From contig CBFDEM010000045.1 of the NCBI GenBank assembly GCA_965603825.1, positions 310,001 through 374,000 of the forward strand: DNA of 64,000 nucleotides. The letters are read 5' to 3'. The DNA comes from Blepharisma stoltei ATCC 30299. Taxonomy: Eukaryota > Protista > Ciliophora. Below the pieces are notes generated by a model. The model was not told the DNA's origin. It saw only the letters and a list, made by a program, of their open reading frames with translations, and searched no databases. Within the stretch, counting starts at the first letter, position 1; each line of letters opens with the position of its first letter. This document shows positions 55,977-64,000 of this stretch, one piece after another. The translations under genes were made by a program, and so were the position numbers.

Positions 55977-56735
55977 AGTATGAATAAATAGCAAACGAAT
56001 TTTATAAAATTATTAATTAGCATCTTTGAAATGGAAATTAAAAAATCATAAAAATAAGTGCCTTAAAATTTAATGATATAAGTTTATTTATAAATAATTA
56101 CTCTCTGTAATAAAATTAGCTTTATTTAATACGTAGTTGAAGCTTATATCCGTTTATTAATTATGCCATAATAAAATTTGTTTATTAAAAGTAAGATTGA
56201 ATATACCATCAACAGCTTTCTTGAAAGTTGTCTAAATTCTGAATTCATGTACAAGTGAGTTATTTTTTGAACTGAAAGCTAAAGTCATTATTAGAATGAT
56301 CTAAACTACTCATAATTTTTTTTTCAGCAATTTCTTATAATTATAAGCAAGATTTACTAATACTCAATAAAAATGCTATTGAGAAAATAGACTTTATTAA
56401 CATTTTGAATTAAATCCAATTAATTTTTATTATGTTATATTTTAAAAACAGTTAAATTTATTTTTTTAATTATTAGATCGAGTCCAGACAATCATAAAAT
56501 TTATGATGATTTTCTGAAATTTTAACAAGTAAATAACTTGCACTCACCATATTGATCAGTGTCAATCATTGGAGAAATACAAAAAATAGGCAGAACATTA
56601 TCTCCGTTTAAAAGCGCGCTAAATTGAGGAAACTCCACACACTTATTTGCATATAATATTTAAATCTAAAAATCATTCAAACTTAATAAACTCGAATTTT
56701 TAATTAGAATTATCTTCTTATACCAAGGCTCCTGC

Positions 56736-56993
56736 TTAAGCCCTTTTAAAATACTGTGATACGTTTAGAGATAGATCTACCAAAATCCTTGGCTTAAAGA
56801 TTGACTCTTTTGGTGAGCTGTCGTCAGAGAACCAATAAAAATCTGATGACACATCGCCTAATGGAATATCTCTTTTAAAGTCATAATTGTAACGTATTGA
56901 TGCTTCCTTATTGGAAGCTTCAAGATCATCCTTAATTATGCTCATCCAATCTTCAATAGCTTTGTTAGCAATTGCATCTTCGTTTGCGTTCAT
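56736..56993 (-). CDS. Small CDK-inhibitor (Cip/Kip/KRP CDI domain)-like protein
   Basis: ASIRYNYDFKRDIPLG...FYW matches the CDI pattern KYNFDF..D.PL...Y.W. Confidence 0.6.
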   Translation of the reverse strand: MNANEDAIANKAIEDWMSIIKDDLEASNKEASIRYNYDFKRDIPLGDVSSDFYWFSDDSSPKESIFKPRILVDLSLNVSQYFKRA

Positions 56994-57507
56994 ATTTATA
57001 GATATTTTTATGATTTAGTTTTGAAGAGCTCAAAGATTAGGCCATAATTAATGGGTAATGTTATTGGATGAGTGATATCTGGATCCATTCATAATTTTTT
57101 AAAATTAGTATATGTAATTTATATGTCACAAATCCACTTCTGGAGCTTTTTAAACTCATTGAGGTAACTGTGATTTTTATTTTTAACTTATCAAAAATCT
57201 TACAGAATTTGATAAATCTGAAAATTTTAATAAATAGCTTAGATATAACTAAATATAAATATTTCTTATAGTGAATTTGTCGCAATTAATTTAAATCTTT
57301 TATGCTGCAGCTTATTGAATCTTAGTGAATAAATCAGCTATTTCAAGTTTACCCAAAAAGAAAATTTTTTTGTCATCAATTTGATACGCATAATAATTAA
57401 AATATTCCTAATATTAAACTTAATTACGCTTATTTACGAACAGACAGCAAAATGAGCGATTTTATCAACCCATAATATTTAATCATTATTTGTTTGGCTA
57501 TATAAAT

Positions 57508-58380
57508 ATGCTTTCAAAAGTCATCTCAAGAGGATTCGCTGCCAACGAAAAAACCTTGAAAGCAAGAATCAAGTCAGTTACCAGCATAGGAAAGATCACC
57601 AAAGCCATGAAAATGGTTGCCGCAGCTAAGATGAGAGCTGAACTTGCTAGATTGGTAGCTGGTGGCAAATTTGGCCATCAATTGGCATCAAACTGGTTCA
57701 AAGGGGACGATATCGCCAGAAAAAACTTGCCAGAGTTCAATGCAGAGTCAAGAACTTTAATTGTGCCTTTTACTTCAGACAGAGGACTGTGCGGAGGTGT
57801 CAACTCTGGCATCATTAGAGAGACTAAGAGCATTATTGGTCGCCGAAGAGACAAATTCGCCATTTTCTCAGTTGGTGATAAAGGCACTCTTGCTTTGATC
57901 AGACCATACCCAGATCTTCTTTATAAATCAATTACAAACGTCTTGACTCCAGTCAGCTTCGCAACAGCATCAGCAATCGCTTACAATCTTGAACAAGCAG
58001 CCAAAGATAAAGGCTGCGATAGAATTGAGCTGATTTACAATGAATTCAAAAATGTGGTGACTTCCAAAATTGTGAGAAAAGAATTGATGCTTAGACAAGG
58101 GTTCAGAAATGGCCATTACAAATCAGTCAATGAAGTAGAAGAGCCAGACTTTCCATTGGCAACTGAGATTTACTATGAACTTTACTTAGCAAGCAATGTT
58201 TATCATGCCATGCTTAACAATGCAAGCAGCGAGCAAAGCGCAAGAATGTCAGCTATGGAGGGCGCAAGCAAAAACTGTAGTGAAATGATCGGCAAATTGA
58301 ACCTTGACTACAATAGAGTTAGGCAAAGCAAAATTACCAGCGAGCTTTGTGAAATCATTTCAGGTGCAGAAGCTCTTTAA
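57508..58380 (+). CDS. ATP3: Mitochondrial ATP synthase F1 gamma subunit
   Basis: KITKAMKMVAAAK, SDRGLCGGVN, SEQSARMSAME, RQSKITSELCEIISGA. Confidence 0.96.
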   Translation: MLSKVISRGFAANEKTLKARIKSVTSIGKITKAMKMVAAAKMRAELARLVAGGKFGHQLASNWFKGDDIARKNLPEFNAESRTLIVPFTSDRGLCGGVNSGIIRETKSIIGRRRDKFAIFSVGDKGTLALIRPYPDLLYKSITNVLTPVSFATASAIAYNLEQAAKDKGCDRIELIYNEFKNVVTSKIVRKELMLRQGFRNGHYKSVNEVEEPDFPLATEIYYELYLASNVYHAMLNNASSEQSARMSAMEGASKNCSEMIGKLNLDYNRVRQSKITSELCEIISGAEAL

Positions 58381-58693
58381 TAACGTAACTAGAAAAGTTA
58401 TGCAAATACTTAATATAATTTCTATAATTTCTTAAAACTGCTTCATATTTCTTAAAAAAGTGATAATATATTCGGAAATTAAGTTGAATTTCTTTTTTCG
58501 ATAAGCTAATTGTCTCTTTGCATTTCTATTGATAATAAATTTTTTACAATTTCTTTAAAAATTACTCGATAATTAACAGAAAAAAAAATAATAATTTTAT
58601 TAAAAAAATTAAGAAATCTGAAAAAGTGGAATTAAAATTCCAGATCAATTTTCATGTCGACCTTGCATATATTTTTTAGTTTTATCAAAAAAT

Positions 58694-59266
58694 ATGTCAG
58701 TCCTAGAAGGAATGCACCACACATTAATAGGGAGAATTGTTACAAGTGGCGAGATTGATAGCAGATGTGAGATTTTTGAAATCTTCAATAAGCCTCGCTC
58801 TCTGCATATAGACTTGCTTTTATACCTAAAACATCTTAAGGATAACTTCAGCTGTTCGGATTTCATTTTGATATTCGGATTTGTATTAATTGACAAATTT
58901 CTGAAGTCCTGTCCTGACTTTCATCTTACAAATAGAAACGTTCACAGAATGGTTTTTACTTCGATCTCAATTGCCTTAAAATTTTCAGAAGATATAGGTT
59001 TTTCTAATTCCGTTTTATCAAAAATAGGGTTGGTGACGACAAAAGAGTTGCTCAAGCTAGAGACCTCTTTTCTATCAGTAAACAACTGATGCATTTGGAA
59101 TGAAGAAATCTCAAAACAATGCGAAGAATTAGAAGAAGACTTTTCAAGGGCGCAAAAAAAGGAAATTTCTAATTCTGAATGCGATGAATTATACAATGAA
59201 GAAACAACTGCAAGCTTTGAAGAGTTAGATGATTTTTCTGAGATTAGCTACTTTTTCAGCAATTAA
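58694..59266 (+). CDS. PHO80-like (P/U-type) cyclin
   Basis: CSDFILIFGFVLIDKF, LTNRNVHRM..SI.IALKFSED..SN..SKIG.V..KEL.KLE..FL. Extends through TGA=Trp to TAA 59266. Confidence 0.85.
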
Positions 59267-60163
59267 GTCTCAGACTGTAAAATTTTGACGAAATTTAAAT
59301 TTAACAGCGATAAGTTTCAATTGTTAAGACAAAATATTGAAATGTCAAAATCAATAAAATTCTTTTTGGATAATTGACCATAAAGTTTTTGTTCTTTATC
59401 TTTTATAAACCAGCAGCGCATCCTAGCATTGCATATAAAGAAATAATCATTAATTGGAAATTAATAGTTAAAATTTTTAATAGAAAAATATCTTCATTAT
59501 CTTTAAATATTAACTGGATAATACTCGAATAAAGGAATTTTAATAAAAGATAATTCTTCAGTATAATAGCTAATAAAATGATAAAATTCGTTTAATTTAC
59601 AAAAATTATACACTATAATTTGTAAAGCTGAATCGATAAGCTCTATTTCATCAAAATCATATAGAGTAATCTATAAAATACATTAAAGAAAATTTATTAA
59701 AAAGAAAATTGCTATTGTTAAAACACATTGATCCAAGCAAGCTGAAAATAAGTAGCCAATGGCATTTTAGTGCAACGATGTGATTTAAGATTTAAAAGAA
59801 CTAAATAAAAACATTAAAATTGCATGGTTTTTAAAATTTTTTATTATAATTGCATTTTACTAAAAAAATATCTGAAATAGCCAATTTCATTATAAGTAGA
59901 ATTCTTCTAATAATAAGGATTATCTGTTATATAAACTATAAATTAATTTAAATAGAGGTATGAATAACATTTTTATTATTTAAATTCTTAACACCTATTT
60001 GATCTCAAATTTGAGATACCCATCTTCAGGCAGATAGAAAGCAAAATATCAAATATAGTGCATCTTTCAATGGAAGGACTGAATGCTTTTTAGACTCAAA
60101 TTGAATTTCAGCTATTTTTAAATTAAATAATTTTGATTCTAAATCTTAACCAATTATATAAAT

Positions 60164-61195
60164 ATGCTAGCCAAAGCCCTAAGCCGTAGCTTCTCACAAG
60201 CCCACAAAACCCCTGTCAGAATTGCAGTCACAGGAGGTTCTGGCCAGATTAGCTACAGCTTATTATTCCGTTTAGCAAGTGGTGCTTTATTAGGTCCTCA
60301 TCAGCCAATCATCCTTCAAATTCACGATCTCCCAATGATGCAACAAGCTCTCAGAGGTGTTGTTATGGAGCTCCACGATTGTGCTTTCCCTCTACTTCAC
60401 GATGTCATTGCAACTGATGTTCAAAGCACCGTCTTTACTGATGTCGATTATGCCTTTTTAGTCGGATCAAAGCCAAGAGGCCCAGGAATGGAAAGAGGTG
60501 ACCTCCTCAAACAAAACGGAGAAATCTTTGTAAAGGTTGGAGAAGACCTCAATAAGTACGCCAAAAAGACTTGCAGAGTGATCACAGTCGGAAACCCAGC
60601 CAACACCAATTGTTTGATTGCACAGTCCCATGCGCCTGATATTCCAAAGCAGAATTTCTCAGCTATGACAAGACTTGACCATAATAGAGCTCTTATTCAA
60701 TTGGCTCTCAGAACTGGGACTCCAGTAACCTCAGTTAGCCATGCCTGCATTTGGGGTAACCATTCTTCAACTATGTTCCCTGATGCAAGCCATGTAAAGA
60801 TTAATGGACATGCAGGAAATGCTAGGATCACTCAAGAATACATTACAAGCGAATTTATTCCAATTGTACAACAAAGAGGTGCAGCTATTATTGCAGCTAG
60901 AAAATTATCAAGCGCCGCATCAGCAGCCAATGCAGCTATTGACCATATGAGAGACTGGACTTTTGGAACCCAAGGAGGATGGGTAAGCATGGCAGTTCCT
61001 AGCGAATTATATCATGGAGCATATGGAGTACCTGAAGGACTCATTTTCTCATACCCACTCACAGTAGATGCATCAGGACATTATCATCTTGTCAGGGATC
61101 TGCCTATGAACAGCTTTGTGAATGAAAAATTAAGATTAACCATTGACGAGCTCCAAAAAGAAAAACAAGAAGTCCAACACTTGCTTAAAAAATAA
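60164..61195 (+). CDS. MDH: Malate dehydrogenase (type 2/MDH1-like) with mitochondrial-type presequence
   Basis: [63 protein letters not shown]. Confidence 0.93.
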   Translation: MLAKALSRSFSQAHKTPVRIAVTGGSGQISYSLLFRLASGALLGPHQPIILQIHDLPMMQQALRGVVMELHDCAFPLLHDVIATDVQSTVFTDVDYAFLVGSKPRGPGMERGDLLKQNGEIFVKVGEDLNKYAKKTCRVITVGNPANTNCLIAQSHAPDIPKQNFSAMTRLDHNRALIQLALRTGTPVTSVSHACIWGNHSSTMFPDASHVKINGHAGNARITQEYITSEFIPIVQQRGAAIIAARKLSSAASAANAAIDHMRDWTFGTQGGWVSMAVPSELYHGAYGVPEGLIFSYPLTVDASGHYHLVRDLPMNSFVNEKLRLTIDELQKEKQEVQHLLKK

Positions 61196-61404
61196 TTAAG
61201 CTCTACAGATAAGTTAATAGTTTTCAAAAAGTCGAGAAGAAATTTAGGCTTTTTGTAAAGCAAAATTAATTGTTTGCATGCTAAATAATGCATTTAGAGA
61301 AAAATAGAACTTTTTTCATCGTAGCTAAGAGATTAAGAACACTGATAATTTTTATCTAAAATAAAATAAGAGTCGTTTTTTGTTAGAAAAGCATTTTTTG
61401 AACT

Positions 61405-64000
61405 ATGTCTGAATATCAACCTTTATCAAGCATTGACTTCGAAACGAATCCTGATGACTTAGCGTAATTTTCAAGCAGCAAATTTTTTGATATCCATGAT
61501 ATTCGAGAAGGCATCAGTAAGTCAAAATTCATTGCTCTCGGATCGACATCATGGTTATGCTCTTCTTTAAAAACACACGACAAAGAAGGGATTTCTCCAG
61601 ATTCTAAAGAAAATCTCGCAAGTAGAAAAAAATTGTATTTTTTATTCAGCTTTGGCACCAATGAGCCCGAGAAACCTCCTATTAACTCTATATGAGCGAT
61701 TATTTTTGATGCCTTAAAAGATTTTACAATTGAGCTATTGTTAGCAGCAGCAACAGTTTCCCTGATAATAGGAATAGTTGAATCAGAAAAAGAAGGCTGG
61801 TACGAAGGAATATCCATTCTCGTCGCTGTAGCAATAGTTGTGTCAGTAGCTTCTACACAAGATTACTTAAAGGAGCTCCAATTTCGCAAGCTTAATGAAG
61901 AAATAAAGCGCTTGAAGATCGCAATTACTCGAAATGGGATCCTAGAAGAAATTTTCCAAGACGATATTGTGGTAGGAGATTTGGTATCATTGAATCCTGG
62001 CGATATAACTCCAGCTGACGGCATTTTAGTAAGGTCATACGGAATTATCGTAGATGAAAGTGCGATGACTGGAGAAAGCGTTTCAGTAAAAAAGGGCGAA
62101 AACGACCCATTTATTCTTTCATCATCCGTTATTGTAGAAGGCACTGGAGACATGATCGTATGTGCTGTCGGCAAAAATTCTTTAGCTGGAAGGAGTCATT
62201 TATTTTTATTAAAACAAGATAAAGAATTAACGCCTTTGCAAATGAAACTTGAAAAAGTTGCGAAGCACATAGGGATTGCAGGGGCTATCGCTGCTGTCAT
62301 AATCTTTATTTTTATTTCGTTTTTCATCTTCGAAGGAGCTATAGCAGATGATGACTGGGAATCTGATGACACAAGTGATCTTCTTACAGCGTTTATTTTG
62401 GCAGTCACCATATTAGTTGTTGCGATACCTGAAGGGCTTCCATTGGCGGTAACTTTAAGTTTGGCTTTTTCAATGAGGAAAATGAAAGATGAAAAAATTT
62501 TTGTGAAGCATTTAAGTGCTTGTGAAACTATGGGAGGGTGTGAGGAATTGCTAATTGATAAAACAGGGACTATCACAAAAAATGAAATGAGAGTTGTGAA
62601 GTTTAAAATTGGGTTAAAAAAAATTGACTTAAAGACACCTATTAAAGATAAAAATCTGGCAGAGATTATTGCTAAATCGATTGCAAGAAATACGACTGCA
62701 GATATAAGGAAAATTGAAGAAAAATTAATAAAGACTGGAAGTAGAACTGAGTGTGCACTGCTGATGTTTTTAAGTGACTGGGGATTTAATTTCAGGACTT
62801 TAAGAGATTTAGATACCCAGGCGATGCAGATCCCCTTTAGTTCTGAGTCTAAAAAGATGACAACTTTTCATGTAGGATTTGAAAAAGAGGGATATCTGTA
62901 TGTAAAAGGAGCGCCGGAAAGAGTTATTGAGAAGTGCAAATATTATTTCAAAGAGGATGGAACGATATCAGAGTAATTTTTATGCAGGCTATCAGCAGAA
63001 ATCATTCAGGAATTCAATTTTCTTATTACAGAATGGTCTCAAAAAATGATTAGAACTCTAGCATTGGCTTATAGACCTGGAACTCTTGAAGATCTCCAAT
63101 TAAATGAAAGGCCAAGCAAAGAAGACATAGAAAATGCAGAGAAAAACATGATTTTAATTGGAATTTTCGGAATAGAAGATCCTCTCAGAGAAGAAGCCAA
63201 AAGTGCACTGAATCAGCTGAAAAACGCTGGAGTGACTGTCAGAATGATAACAGGGGACAGCAAAGAAATCGCTGCCAAAATAGGAAAGCAATGTGATATA
63301 TTAGATATTGATTATGAGCTGCATGAAAAGAGCCAAATTATGTCAGGAAAAGACTTCACTGATAGAGTTGGAGGAGTTAAAGAGGAATTTGATGAAGAAG
63401 AAAAGAAGAGATATTATAAAATAGGGAATGAAGAGGAATTTAATAAAGTTTCTGCTTCATTGAGGATTTTAGCAAGATGCAGCCCATATGATAAGTTTGT
63501 CCTTACAATAGGGCTGAGAAATTCAGATAAAATCGTAGGAGTGACTGGAGATGGAACAAATGACTCATTGGCGTTAAAAAGTGCAAATATTGGAATAGCT
63601 ATGATGACTGCAACGCCAATGGCTAAAGAAAGCTCTGATATTATTTTACTAGACGATAACATACAAAATATAGTTACTGCTGTTAGATGGGGCCGAAACA
63701 TTTATCAAAATATCAGAAGATTCTTGCAGTTCCAGCTAACAGTCAATATCGTGGCTTTACTTTTGTGCCTAATAGGTGCAATATCAGTCGCAAGCTCTCC
63801 TCTCTCAGCTGTACAGATGTTGTGGGTAAACTTATTAATGGATTCTCTAGCAGCTTTGGCTCTTGCAACGCAAGATCCTGATGATAGAGTACTAGACTCA
63901 AAGCCATATGGGAAAAATGAATATATTTTATCGTCTTGGATTATTGCCAACATAGTTGTCCAATCTGTATATCAAATGGTTATTATGATGGTAATTCTTT
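61405..64000 (+). CDS. P2B-type Ca2+-ATPase (PMCA-like), runs off the window end
   Basis: 15-nt introns 61464-61478, 61635-61649, 62973-62987. DESAMTGES, PEGLPLAVT, DKTGT, KGAPE, MITGD, VTGDGTND, QFQLTVN, LWVNLLMDS. Confidence 0.92.

Noticed and set aside
57061-57285. 74-aa Ile/Lys/Phe-rich minus ORF
   Set aside because: Non-ATG start and composition typical of AT-rich intergenic sequence.
2551-59266. In-frame TGAs as pseudogene lesions or selenocysteine
   Set aside because: They occur at conserved Trp (not Cys) positions in many essential genes with otherwise intact frames.
1-64000. CRISPR arrays, rRNA, intact tRNAs, telomeric repeats, TA-bounded IES insertions
   Set aside because: None seen. 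Coding regions are uninterrupted apart from tiny introns, consistent with somatic DNA.

Overview
This is AT-rich, gene-dense eukaryotic DNA that looks like somatic (macronuclear) sequence from a heterotrich ciliate, most likely Blepharisma. TGA consistently encodes Trp (ARL2 GLV*VVDS, Rab QI*DTAGQ, cytochrome b5 DDC*MV) while TAA/TAG terminate. Genes carry tiny 15-16 nt GT-AG introns (15 found by eye), so the standard-code ORF track fragments or misses many genes. Re-reading with UGA=Trp and tiny introns gives about 42 CDSs. They include housekeeping, ciliary and signalling genes (NSUN5, ISCU, CCP1-like, CSPP1-like, CFAP97, ATG1/ULK, ARL2, RRN3, MAPK15, LRRC9, HAS1, CFAP119, SPX-MFS, Rab11-like, ATP synthase gamma, PHO80-like cyclin, MDH, PMCA). 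Standouts: (1) a TIR-less DD34E IS630/Tc1 transposase with an intact triad; (2) a hidden 107-aa protein resembling only the TPX2 Aurora-binding N-terminus, near a HAUS8/QWRF-like gene; (3) a stand-alone dynein stalk/microtubule-binding-domain protein; (4) a DeCL/DUF3223-like domain inserted into RRN3; (5) a RING-TRAF-ZZ-ZZ-NBR1(FW) fusion; (6) a PBP5-like DD-peptidase near a D-glutamate-cyclase-like gene; (7) two divergent start codons only 3 nt apart; (8) a 55-nt tRNA-like element lacking anticodon and T loops. All family calls are from visual motif recognition, not database searches.
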